From an uncultured Desulfosarcina sp. (lineage in GTDB: Bacteria; Desulfobacterota; Desulfobacteria; Desulfobacterales; Desulfosarcinaceae), in NCBI GenBank assembly GCA_963674945.2, contig CAXXWQ010000004.1, positions 3,136,001 through 3,200,000 of the forward strand: a stretch of 64,000 bases of DNA, given 5' to 3'. Shown here in pieces: positions 40,355 to 49,818 of the stretch. The notes under the pieces were generated by a model that was not told the origin of the DNA, searched no databases, and was given only the letters and a program-made list of their open reading frames with translations. Positions within the stretch are counted from its first letter, which is position 1, and each line of letters begins with the position of its first letter. The position numbers and the translations under genes are program-made.

Positions 40355-41583
40355 AGCATCGGGTGGTGGTGACCGGGCTGGGGGTGGTAACGCCCATCGG
40401 TATCGGCCGTGATGCTTTCGCCGAAAATCTTCTTGATGGCAAAAGTGGCATTGGTTCTGTCGAGGGCTTTGACGCAAAATCGAATGCCCTGCGGCTGGCC
40501 GCCCGGGTGCGTGACTTCGAACCGGCCGATTTCATCTGCAGCCGAAACCTTCGGCGTATGGATCGCCTTTCCCAGATGATCACCGCATCGGCGAAAATGG
40601 CCTTGACGGACGCGGGTTTGGATCCGACGAAAGTGGATCCGGACCGCACGGGGATCGTCATGGGAACGGCATTTGGCGCAACCGATGTGGTCACCCGTTT
40701 CGCAACCACGCTCTTCACCGAGGGGCCCCGCCGGGTCAACCCCATTCTCGTGCCCAATACGGTGATGAACGCACCGGCCGGGCATGCGGCCATCGAGCTT
40801 GGACTTACGGGCATCAATACCACATTAAACCACCGGGAGGCATCGGCAGAGGCGGCCATCGCCTATGCGGCCATGCAAATCCAACTGGGACGGGTCGATG
40901 TCGTTTTGACTGGCGGTGGTGACATTCTGTCGCCATTTTTCGTCTCCATGCTGGAACGGTTCCGGGCCCTGTCTCCCCAAAACGGTGGGCAAGAAGGGGC
41001 CCGCCCTTTTGACGTGGATCGAAACGGCCCCGTAGCGGGAGAGGGGAGTGGGGTGCTCTGCCTGGAATCGATGGAATCGGCGCGACGGCGGGAGGTGCCC
41101 GTCTATTGCGAGATCGACGGCTGGGCCATGGGCGCCGCACCGGCGCCTGCCAATGATTGGCCGGAGGATCCATCCGCCATGGTTGCCACAATGGGCGGTG
41201 CCATGACCATGGCAGGCGTGGACTCTGCGCAGGTGGATGTCGTTTCCGCCGCGGCAAACGGCGGCATCCGATCCGACCGGCTGGAAGCGGCCGCTCTGGA
41301 TCAAATCTTCTCCGGTGATCGGCTACCGCTGGTCACTTCCATCAAGGGCGGCTTGGGAGAAAATTTCGCATCCGGCGGTATACGCGCGGTGGCCATGGCC
41401 ATTTCCATTGAACGTGGTATGGTGCCGCCTACCATCGGCCTGGATCAATCCATCACCGCACTGCCGGTGGTGAAACACAAAAGCCGCAAGCAGGTGGTCA
41501 ACCGAGGACTGATCAACGCCTGTGCTTCCGGCGGAACATTCGTTACGCTTTCCTTTAAAAAGTTTTTACATTGTTTCCGATGA
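40351..41583 (+). CDS. Ketosynthase paralogue lacking the catalytic triad (chain-length-factor-like)
   Basis: KS fold motifs (VVVTGLG, RPFD..RNG...GEG) are present, but TACSS becomes HREAS, NAHGT becomes SAAAN and GHT becomes GEN. ATGA overlap with the upstream KS. Confidence 0.85.
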   Translation: MKHRVVVTGLGVVTPIGIGRDAFAENLLDGKSGIGSVEGFDAKSNALRLAARVRDFEPADFICSRNLRRMDRLSQMITASAKMALTDAGLDPTKVDPDRTGIVMGTAFGATDVVTRFATTLFTEGPRRVNPILVPNTVMNAPAGHAAIELGLTGINTTLNHREASAEAAIAYAAMQIQLGRVDVVLTGGGDILSPFFVSMLERFRALSPQNGGQEGARPFDVDRNGPVAGEGSGVLCLESMESARRREVPVYCEIDGWAMGAAPAPANDWPEDPSAMVATMGGAMTMAGVDSAQVDVVSAAANGGIRSDRLEAAALDQIFSGDRLPLVTSIKGGLGENFASGGIRAVAMAISIERGMVPPTIGLDQSITALPVVKHKSRKQVVNRGLINACASGGTFVTLSFKKFLHCFR

Positions 41584-41637
41584 ACGATTGTTTTGAAGAT
41601 CGATGTTTGAAACGATATCGTTTGGTTTAGATTAACA

Positions 41638-41653
41638 TGGCATGAATATTGAA
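41638..41653 (+). promoter_or_regulatory. Possible sigma54 promoter
   Basis: TGGCAT-GAATA-TTGAA (one mismatch at -12). Palindrome AAACGATATCGTTT at 41610-41623. Confidence 0.4.
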
Positions 41654-41716
41654 TTTTTCCTTCCATAGGGAGCCGAATTCTTGATGACGTATCGGACAAC
41701 AAGGGAGGAAAAAGCC

Positions 41717-41965
41717 ATGAAAAATTCAGCCCACACCCATGCGACGACAGTGGAAATGGAAGTTTGCCCCTATTGTTATGCTGAAACAAGCATCAATCCG
41801 CCCATCAATTTTGCGCCGGTATTTGTCTTCTGCGACGTGTGCAACGCCAAATTCATCGTGGAGCGCCATTCAGACGGGTTTGATGTGATGACCATAGAGG
41901 AGGCGCCCTGCCTAAGCAATCCCGACTGCATCGAACTGGAGATGGGTGGCTGTGACGAAGAGTAA
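41717..41965 (+). CDS. Small acidic Cys-rich (zinc-ribbon-like) protein
   Basis: GGAGG SD. CPYC..CDVC plus three more Cys in CLSNPDC..GCDEE, 82 aa. Confidence 0.75.
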   Translation: MKNSAHTHATTVEMEVCPYCYAETSINPPINFAPVFVFCDVCNAKFIVERHSDGFDVMTIEEAPCLSNPDCIELEMGGCDEE

Positions 41966-42104
41966 GCTTTTTGTGATCGCTCTGCGGGTAGGTGATGATC
42001 TCGTGCGTGTAACGTTATATAACGGTGTTCAATAGTTATCGTAACGGTTTTGGTCGCAAGATCACGACTCATCACCCTGTCATTTGTTACAATGGCCGTC
42101 AACG

Positions 42105-42226
42105 TTGGTGATCTCGCAAAAAGCTTTTCCCTCGTTTCCGTCTACCTGCAAAAAAATAATAACGAGTTTCTTGCATGCGATTGTTTGGCCATATTTGGCC
42201 TGGAAAAGCTTTTTACGAATCCGTCA
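42105..42226. repeat. Dispersed palindromic repeat, module B
   Basis: TTGGTGATCTCGCAAAAAGCTTTTCC...GGAAAAGCTTTTTACGAATCCGTCA, 3 nt after the efpL stop. Confidence 0.9.
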
Positions 42227-42229
42227 GAG

Positions 42230-42802
42230 TCAGTTTTTTACCCTCGCCATATACTGTCCAGTCTCCGTGTTCACCCGGACGACATCTCCGGTGGTGAGGT
42301 ATTCGGGGACCTGCACCGTCACGCCATTGGTCAGCTCGGCGGGCTTGTTGCGGTTTGTCGCCGTCGCACCTTTGATCACCGGTGCCGTGTTCACGATCTC
42401 AATGTCGATGGTTTGGGGCAGTTCGATGCACAAGGGATGTCCGTCCCGTAGCAGGGCCGTGATGTTCTCCAATCCGTCGATCAGCCAGGGAATTAATTCT
42501 TCGATACTCTCCTCGGACAAGGTGTACTGCTCGTAATTCTCGCTGTCCATGAAGGTGAAAAGGTGCTGGTCCCGATAGAGAAAGCTGACCCGACGTTTGT
42601 CCACCACCATTTCCTCCAAAGAATCGTTACCCTTGTATGTCTGCTCCAGTTTCTGGCCCGTAATCAAGGATGCATATCGGACCTTATACAAGGTGTTGGC
42701 GCCTCGGGCGGACGGTGTGTGCACATCGATCTGTTTGACCTGGTAGGGGTGCTCGTCGATATTGATGATATTGCCTTTTTGAAGGTTGCTGGCTTTGGGC
42801 AC
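42230..42802 (-). CDS. yeiP: Elongation factor P-like protein YeiP/EfpL
   Basis: Loop PSARGANTLYK (Arg at the tip), KGATAT, KPAEL..G..VQVPEY. GTG start at 42802 after AGGAG, 190 aa. Confidence 0.9.
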   Translation of the reverse strand: MPKASNLQKGNIINIDEHPYQVKQIDVHTPSARGANTLYKVRYASLITGQKLEQTYKGNDSLEEMVVDKRRVSFLYRDQHLFTFMDSENYEQYTLSEESIEELIPWLIDGLENITALLRDGHPLCIELPQTIDIEIVNTAPVIKGATATNRNKPAELTNGVTVQVPEYLTTGDVVRVNTETGQYMARVKN

Positions 42803-42941
42803 CTTGGTTCTCCTGTGATTGCTATAATGGTTCCGATAAAAAGCGGGATATACAATTGACGATGGGTGAATGCAACACCATCTTAGATTTTGTTTGGTGT
42901 GAACGCGCTTATGTTCGTTGGGAAGAATCAGGGAGAAAAAG

Positions 42942-43304
42942 ATGGTGAACGACACATCCATATCGGTGGTGGAAACGCTTGCACATGCGGCATTGGACGA
43001 GCGGCAACAGTCATGGCTGTTCAAAAGAATCAAAGACCTGTTTTCGGACGCCATCGATGCCCGATCGCCGAAAAATAGACCTCCCGGTAAGGCGGGATTA
43101 AGGTCCGAAAAGGGTTATTTTCGATTGCTTTACCTGGAGGGTGAATTTCAAGACGCGATTTTATCCCATGGAAACGACGGCAGCCGGACCTATGATTGGC
43201 AACGAATATCCGAGATTTTTGGCCAGCTGAAGGATCTTCCAGAGGTACGATCGGAACTTTCGTTAGGAATCGAAGCGGCGTTACATGAGTTGACGGAACA
43301 ATGA
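42942..43304 (+). CDS. Hypothetical protein
   Basis: 120 aa ORF with a GGGAG SD, divergent from efpL. No recognisable motif. Confidence 0.6.
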   Translation: MVNDTSISVVETLAHAALDERQQSWLFKRIKDLFSDAIDARSPKNRPPGKAGLRSEKGYFRLLYLEGEFQDAILSHGNDGSRTYDWQRISEIFGQLKDLPEVRSELSLGIEAALHELTEQ

Positions 43305-43426
43305 CAGAAAATCCAATCGAAATTACGTTGATTCCGACTCATGAATTCCGGCTTCTGTGAATTTCAACGATCATTGCGCGCCCCTCTTCCAGGAGGTGAT
43401 CAAAGCCGGGCACTCTGTGTCCGGTT

Positions 43427-44221
43427 TTACTTCACAGACCAGGGACCGACTTCATCGGGGGTTTCGGCGGTATCCTTTGTGTCTGTTGAAAGCCTGTCAC
43501 TTTCAGCCCCTTTCGAATCGAGGTTCTCATACTCAAAGAAGACCTCATTTTTCTCTTCGCTGGTGGTGACTTTGATCTGGTCATCCTTTTCCGTAGAAAT
43601 CTGGATCTGGATGGGGCGTTTCCACTGTGGTTCTCCTCCCATACGGATGAATTCTTCGGCGGTTCTCCTTGCCGTATGCTCGGCCACCTCTTTGGTGAAG
43701 GATGATATGGTAAGCTCCCAGGGGAAGAGGACGATCTTCCCATCCAATTCGCCCAGACCCCAGGAAAATCGATCCAGGACCGGCTTTAGCTGAATCGCTA
43801 CGGGAACATCCTTTTCTGCAAGAAGATGACAGTTGGTGATCTTCGTATCGTTGGGAATCGCTTCCAATTTGGTGCCTTCGATATTGCGAATGTAGATACC
43901 GCGCCGGGTACTGACCACGCGGTCGTTATTGCCCAGAACACTCAACATTTCCTGTCGCACTTTTTCGACTGCCATGTTACCGTTGGAATATTCTTGTTGA
44001 AGATTGTCGAAGCGTCTTCTTTGTTGTAACCCCAGTTCCTTTACCATGAGAGAGACTTGGGCGGCCTGCTCGCCGAAAATTTCGTCCAGTGTCGATCGGT
44101 TCGTGGCTCGAATGAGTTGGTCGACTTTCTGTTCCAGACGTTCGAAGTCCTGTTTGGTTGCACAGCCTGCGAAAAATCCAACCATGACAAAAAAAATGAT
44201 CCAGCGATATCGAAAAACCAT
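43427..44221 (-). CDS. Hypothetical lipoprotein
   Basis: Hydrophobic signal with lipobox FAGC, followed by a coiled-coil-like segment. Confidence 0.75.
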   Translation of the reverse strand: MVFRYRWIIFFVMVGFFAGCATKQDFERLEQKVDQLIRATNRSTLDEIFGEQAAQVSLMVKELGLQQRRRFDNLQQEYSNGNMAVEKVRQEMLSVLGNNDRVVSTRRGIYIRNIEGTKLEAIPNDTKITNCHLLAEKDVPVAIQLKPVLDRFSWGLGELDGKIVLFPWELTISSFTKEVAEHTARRTAEEFIRMGGEPQWKRPIQIQISTEKDDQIKVTTSEEKNEVFFEYENLDSKGAESDRLSTDTKDTAETPDEVGPWSVK

Positions 44222-44513
44222 GCTCTATTTCCTTTTTACTGATTTTGTTAAAAGCAAGAGTACTGTAAATCTCTTATTTATCCAATGCGTATAGCCGGTT
44301 TACAGGGACGTCGAATTCCTCGATCTTCGGTAAAAATAAAATATGAATCAGAGGTTGACACAAAAAGGTGCAAAACCATTTCAACCAACACAATTTCCAG
44401 TTGAAAAGCAAGCTTAAATTGAGTGCTGTCAGAAACGAAGGTTTACGCAGGCGCCATTTGAAAAAAGCCCGATTGGTGGCCTCGTATGGGAAACATGCCT
44501 GCCGTTTTTTATT

Positions 44514-45455
44514 TCAGTGTTTGGACAATATCGGCGTGCTGGTGAAATCGAACGAGTATTTTAAAACGTTTCTGATGTGAACAATCTCATACCTGATAAT
44601 ACCGGAGATACGGGACAGTTCATCCGATAAAAAATGGTTCATGTGCTTGCTGTCTTCAAATTGTGCCCCGAAAAATATCTGCCATTGACCGGTTATCAGG
44701 CTTACATATCGCGCCGTGTCTTTCACCGATAACCTATTGGCTGCATCATAGGCGCTGTCTGGTTTGCACATGATCAGGATTATCGCTCCGGTATTATATC
44801 CCAACGCAGCAGGGTCGACGATACTGACAAACCGGATGACGCCATCATTGATGAGTTTCTCCAAATTTATCTTCGCCGCCGATATGCTGCAGCCAACCGT
44901 TTTGGCCAGTTGTGTTATGGTCTGTCGAGGGTGTTGCTGCATCGCCGTAACGATGGACAGATCAAAGTCGTTGAGTCTGCATTGTGGGCATTTGCGGACA
45001 CTTTCCGTTTGCGGCCTGAAATACCGCCATGAGTCTCTCATCCAGTGATAGAAATGCATCATCTCTATTGTTGCGATATCGCATAGGCCGGTCAGTTCCG
45101 TAGACATGAAATGGGTCAAACTCGCCCGATCTCGAAAGATTGCCCACACCAGAATGTCATAGTGGCCGACTGTCAGGAAGACAACCTTTACTGCCGATAG
45201 CGGCATTAATTGATCTGCAACAATATTCGTCTTTCCGGGAGAGGTGTTGATTCCAATTAATAGTGGGAGCTGGTATCCCAAGAGTTCGGCGTCACTTATG
45301 CAGGCAATGCTCACAATCCGTTCGGCTCTAAGCCGGTTCAGGCGGTAGCGGATGGTGGTCCTTGCTACCGCCAGCTTTTTGGCAAGTGCCTGAACCGGCA
45401 TCCTGGCATCCTCCTCCAGTTCTTCCATGATCATGAGATCAAGCTTGCTAAGCAC
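44514..45455 (-). CDS. Tandem-duplicated Lrp/AsnC family regulator
   Basis: Two HTH+RAM units: LDLMIMEELEEDARMP..LAKKL..TIRYRL and FDLSIVTAMQQHPRQT..LAKTVG. Confidence 0.88.
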   Translation of the reverse strand: MLSKLDLMIMEELEEDARMPVQALAKKLAVARTTIRYRLNRLRAERIVSIACISDAELLGYQLPLLIGINTSPGKTNIVADQLMPLSAVKVVFLTVGHYDILVWAIFRDRASLTHFMSTELTGLCDIATIEMMHFYHWMRDSWRYFRPQTESVRKCPQCRLNDFDLSIVTAMQQHPRQTITQLAKTVGCSISAAKINLEKLINDGVIRFVSIVDPAALGYNTGAIILIMCKPDSAYDAANRLSVKDTARYVSLITGQWQIFFGAQFEDSKHMNHFLSDELSRISGIIRYEIVHIRNVLKYSFDFTSTPILSKH

Positions 45456-45816
45456 AACGCCCCCTTTTCATGCTGCGGTACGGATTGGGTGAGGAGCAAT
45501 CGAATGTGGAAAGTGTGAAAACCATCCGTGTTGTGAATCGATCCGACTTCTTCTCTGTGAAATATATCCCTTTTTATACGGGAATGCTACTAAAAGAACA
45601 ATATTAATTGGCCACAATTCAATGTAAAGAATAAATATTTCAATTTAACGGCCAATATGTTTATTAATATTTGACGCTTTCATTCAATCGTGATATCGTC
45701 CACGGAGCGGTTCTGCTATGGGCCGAAGAGAGGAAGTCGACGGATTTCCGAAGTTCATCGTTCAATGATTCCCGAGTGGTTCACATGGCCAGGATGAAAG
45801 ACAGAGGAGGAGTAGG

Positions 45817-46884
45817 ATGAACAGAAAAAACAATACGTTGGTCTTGCCTGACCCTACAATGCAGTACCGGGTCGTTCAATGGGGGGCTGGAAATGTCGGC
45901 GCACGCGCCATGCGCGCCATTATCGAGCACCCGAATATGACCCTGGTCGGACTCAAAGAGATCAGTGAAAAGGTGGGGCAGGACGCCGGACAGCTCTGCG
46001 GTCTCGACCCCATCGGCGTCAAGGCCACTGACAGCATCGATGACATCATCGCCCTCAAGCCCGATTGTGTCCTGTACATGCAGCAGGGAACCGACTTCGA
46101 TGATATCTGTAAACTGCTCGCCTCGGGCGCCAATATCGTCACCACGCGCCCGGATTTTCATAGTCCGACGCTTCTCGATTCCGCGCTCCGGGATCGAGTG
46201 GAGACGGCATGTCGACAAGGCGGCACTTCCATTCACAGTACCGGCAGCAGCCCCGGATTCATTACAGAAGCCGTCCCGCTGGTGCTGTTGTCCATCCAGC
46301 GTCGTCTCGATCGCCTGACAATCAACGAGTTTGCAGACGTTTCTTCCCGGGACTCGGCGTATATGCTCTTTGACATTATGGGTTTTGGCAAGGATACCGA
46401 CGAGATTCCCGGCTATATTCTGGACTTTGTACAGGAGTCTTTTGGCCCGTCCCTTTCTCAGGTTGCCGATGCCATCGGCATGCCACTGGACGGCTACGAA
46501 GCGAGCGGAGAGATCGCCGTGGCAAATCAAAAGACCGAGATTGCCGCCGGTATCATAGAGGCAGGTACGATGGCGGCGCAGCGGATCACCGTATCGGGAA
46601 TGAGAAGAGGCGCGCCGCTTCTTCGCATGCGCGTCAATTGGTATGTCACCAAAGATATCGATCCGGTCTGGGAACTGCGCGACAACGGCTGGCACATTCT
46701 TCTCGAAGGAGACACGGCCCTCGACGTAAACATCGGCTTTCCCGTAGCAAAGGAGCAATATGCGGAGTACTCCCCCGGATTGACGGCGCATCGTCCCGTT
46801 AACGTCATTCCCTTTATCTGTGCTGCCGAACCGGGGATTCGTCCCGTTGTCGATCTTCCCCAGATCATCCCGGTGCTCCGGTGA
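45817..46884 (+). CDS. DapB-like NAD(P)-dependent oxidoreductase (amine / 2,4-diaminopentanoate dehydrogenase-like)
   Basis: YRVVQWGAGNVG, KVGQDAGQLCG, LASGANIVTT, TGSSPGF and AAEPGI...DLP. Confidence 0.8.
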   Translation: MNRKNNTLVLPDPTMQYRVVQWGAGNVGARAMRAIIEHPNMTLVGLKEISEKVGQDAGQLCGLDPIGVKATDSIDDIIALKPDCVLYMQQGTDFDDICKLLASGANIVTTRPDFHSPTLLDSALRDRVETACRQGGTSIHSTGSSPGFITEAVPLVLLSIQRRLDRLTINEFADVSSRDSAYMLFDIMGFGKDTDEIPGYILDFVQESFGPSLSQVADAIGMPLDGYEASGEIAVANQKTEIAAGIIEAGTMAAQRITVSGMRRGAPLLRMRVNWYVTKDIDPVWELRDNGWHILLEGDTALDVNIGFPVAKEQYAEYSPGLTAHRPVNVIPFICAAEPGIRPVVDLPQIIPVLR

Positions 46885-46947
46885 GTCGGTGACAGACATT
46901 GTAGCCAAGAGATCTGTTGGATTATCGTTTCAATTGAAGGGGGCTTC

Positions 46948-48981
46948 ATGACTACCCATCCTGTCGAAACCAAACGCACCTATTGCAAAGTCTGCATGGT
47001 TCATTGTGGACTGGTGGCAGAGGTTTCCGGCAATCAGGTTCTCAAGGTGCGAGGTGACCGCGAACACCCGCTCACCGATGGCTACTGCTGCCCGAAAGGG
47101 CTGGCGACCGGCCGGATTCATCACACCCCTGACGCGATCACGCAGCCTTTGATGAGAAAAAATGGCGGGCTGAAACCGGTCAGCTGGGATGAAGCCTTAG
47201 ATGACATCACAGTGAAACTGCGTAGCCTTATCGATACGTATGGTCCGCGCTGCATCGGCATCAATTTTGGCAGTGGATTGGGGCTGGATTCTTCGGGTTA
47301 TGCCATGCTGGAGGCGCTGCACAACGCGCTGGGTAACGGGCCGAAGTTTACACCGATGACCATCGATGGTGTGGCAAAGGTTCTTGTGGCCGGTGCAATG
47401 GGCGCATTTCCCGGTCTCATGCCCAAAACCGACTACGACAACGTGCGCATGCTCATTTACGTCGGCACCAATCCGGTTGTCAGTCATGCGCACAATACCG
47501 GCATGTTCAAGCCTGTTGTCTGGATCAAGGAAGCCGCCAGGCGCGGCGAGGTCTGGACCATCGATCCGCTGTTTACCGAAACCGCCAAACTCTCCACCCG
47601 GCACATCGCAGCTTATCCGGGTGGTGTTTACGCCATTCTTGCCTGGCTCACCCGCGAGATTATCGATGGCGGTCCGCTTACGCCAAGACAGGCCGTCCGT
47701 GGTCTCGATGAATTGCGCGCCGCACTGGAAGGTTACGATCTGGCAACCGCAGCCGAAGTCGCCGGTGTCGATCAGCAGGATATGCTGGACCTGTTGGCCG
47801 CCATCCGCCGCCAGGGCGGCAATGTGGTGGTGGAGACCGGAACCGGAATTACCATGGCGGCCGACTGCAATCTGACCCAATGGTTTGCCTGGTTGCTGAT
47901 GATTCTCACTGGTGCCATGAACAATAAAGGCGGCACCTTTTTTCACCCCAGCTTCCTCTTTCCCTATGAGAGCTTCGAACTTCCGGAGTTGGACCTGTGG
48001 ACTTCCGGCTCCAATGTCCGCCCGGAAGTGCCCGGCGTGATCGGCGATTGGCCCTGTGCAGTCCTGCCGGATGAGATCGAAGCAGGCAACATCCGTGCAC
48101 TGTTAAACTTCGGTGGCAGGCTGCTTCGGACCTGGCCGGATACGAATGCGCTGGAAAGGACCCTCGGCAAACTCGCGTTGCATGTAATGGGCGAGATCGC
48201 CTTCAATGAAACCACCCAATTCGCCACCCACGTGCTACCCACAAAGGATGCCATCGAACGTCCAGAGATAACCCGATGGGATTTTCTCCGATGGAACCTC
48301 TCGATGCAATACTCAGAACCGCTAGTTGCGCCCATGGGAGAGCGCCGCTCTGCCTGGTGGGTAATTTCCCAGATCATGCGCCGCTCCGGCCTCCCCGTGC
48401 CGGAGCATGTACCCATGGACGATCACGAGCCCGGGGCGGACGAGGCGATGCTTGCCAGCCTCATGCAGATGGCGCGCTGCAGTTTCGAGGAGTTAAAAGA
48501 AAAACGCTATGTGGCGCACACCCTGGAGTTTCCCGCTGTCTGGGTCGACAAACATATTGAACGCATCGGTGGTTGGCGTCTGGCGCCACAACGTTTTCTG
48601 GATCAGTGGAAGAAAATACGCGCGGCCGATGCGGCGAAAAGCGGCAAACCAAAACCACTTTGCTTTTCTTCCCGTCGACAGCGTAAAAAATTCAATGCCC
48701 AGCTGGATTTTTTGGGTGAAGAAGCAAATGCGGTTTTGCACCCTTTTGATGCCGACACCCATGGCATCCGCGACGGGCAGGCGGTACGGATCAGCAACGA
48801 ATGTGGAGAAATCGTCCTGACCGCAAGAATTGACCCGGGAATGCGCCCCGGTGTGGTGTCCATCTGTCATGGCCATCTGAACGGGAATGTGAATCGCCTG
48901 ACGAGTAAATCGGTCATTGACGAGATAAGTGGCATGGCGCTTTTTTCCGGCGTACCGATCGAGATTGAGCCGGTGAGTTGA
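46948..48981 (+). CDS. Molybdopterin (bis-MGD) oxidoreductase with N-terminal [4Fe-4S] motif
   Basis: CKVCMVHCG..CPKG, PVSWDEALD, GTNPVVSH, NETT.FATHVLP and a C-terminal molydopterin-binding domain. No Tat signal. Confidence 0.9.
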   Translation: MTTHPVETKRTYCKVCMVHCGLVAEVSGNQVLKVRGDREHPLTDGYCCPKGLATGRIHHTPDAITQPLMRKNGGLKPVSWDEALDDITVKLRSLIDTYGPRCIGINFGSGLGLDSSGYAMLEALHNALGNGPKFTPMTIDGVAKVLVAGAMGAFPGLMPKTDYDNVRMLIYVGTNPVVSHAHNTGMFKPVVWIKEAARRGEVWTIDPLFTETAKLSTRHIAAYPGGVYAILAWLTREIIDGGPLTPRQAVRGLDELRAALEGYDLATAAEVAGVDQQDMLDLLAAIRRQGGNVVVETGTGITMAADCNLTQWFAWLLMILTGAMNNKGGTFFHPSFLFPYESFELPELDLWTSGSNVRPEVPGVIGDWPCAVLPDEIEAGNIRALLNFGGRLLRTWPDTNALERTLGKLALHVMGEIAFNETTQFATHVLPTKDAIERPEITRWDFLRWNLSMQYSEPLVAPMGERRSAWWVISQIMRRSGLPVPEHVPMDDHEPGADEAMLASLMQMARCSFEELKEKRYVAHTLEFPAVWVDKHIERIGGWRLAPQRFLDQWKKIRAADAAKSGKPKPLCFSSRRQRKKFNAQLDFLGEEANAVLHPFDADTHGIRDGQAVRISNECGEIVLTARIDPGMRPGVVSICHGHLNGNVNRLTSKSVIDEISGMALFSGVPIEIEPVS

Positions 48982-48997
48982 AAAGTGGTAACCATAA

Positions 48998-49151
48998 TTG
49001 ACGGTTTCGTAAAAAGTCCGATATCGGCGTTACGCTTCATCCCTCGTCGCTGCGGCGTACTCTATGTACGCCTCATTCCTCGGAACTTGCAAGCATTGAT
49101 CTCGAACTTTTTACGAAGCCGTCCGAAATCCTACTTTTTACGAGTTCATCA
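48998..49151. repeat. Dispersed palindromic repeat, module A
   Basis: TTGACGGTTTCGTAAAAAG...CTTTTTACGAAGCCGTC (core 49000-49123) plus tail CTTTTTACGAGTTCATCA. Lies between convergent genes. Confidence 0.93.
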
Positions 49152-49814
49152 TTAAGCGGATGCTTCATGGAGTTTCTCGATGGATCGGTCGGGACCCAGC
49201 AGAACCAGGATATCACTGGGCTTGATGACGAAACCACCGGTGGGAATCATCGTCACCTGATCGGGCACCATCTCCTTTATGGCGACCACCTGAATTCCGT
49301 ACTTGTTGATCAGGTCCAACTCTTTGAGCATTTTTCCGATAAAATAGCTGGGAGGGGCCAGCTCCATGATACTGTACCCCTCCATGAACGGTAGATAATC
49401 GATCACGTTGGGATTGTCCAGACGCCGGGCCGTGGCCAGGGCCAGGTCCTTTTCGGGAAAGAAGATTTCATCGGCGCCTATTTTTTCCAGAATCCGACCA
49501 TGTGCTTCACTCACCGCCTTGGCCAGTATACGCTTAACGCCTTCATCTTTAACGTTCAAGGTTGCGAGAATGGAGTTGTTAAGGTTGGAACCGATGCCGA
49601 TCACGACGGCATCCATGGCCTTCAAATCCAATTCTTTCAGCGCCTGGGGGTCGGTGGCGTCGGCGATGACGGCTCTGCTCACCAGATCCCGTATCTCCTG
49701 CACCTTTTTTTCATCGATATCAATCCCCAGCACTTCATGTCCCTTTTCGAAAAGAGAGGACGCAAGATAGAATCCCAAATTCCCCAATCCGATGACGGCA
49801 AACTGTTTCTTCAT
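49152..49814 (-). CDS. TrkA/KtrA potassium uptake regulatory subunit
   Basis: KQFAVIGLGNLG, RCK_N and RCK_C domains, KIGAD..FPEKD. Start at 49814 or 49826. Confidence 0.92.
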   Translation of the reverse strand: MKKQFAVIGLGNLGFYLASSLFEKGHEVLGIDIDEKKVQEIRDLVSRAVIADATDPQALKELDLKAMDAVVIGIGSNLNNSILATLNVKDEGVKRILAKAVSEAHGRILEKIGADEIFFPEKDLALATARRLDNPNVIDYLPFMEGYSIMELAPPSYFIGKMLKELDLINKYGIQVVAIKEMVPDQVTMIPTGGFVIKPSDILVLLGPDRSIEKLHEASA

Positions 49815-49818
49815 GGTT

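Noticed and set aside
46948..48981. Formate dehydrogenase or selenoprotein assignment for the molybdoenzyme
   Set aside because: No in-frame TGA, no (C/U)H active-site motif of FDH, no Tat signal and no partner subunits.
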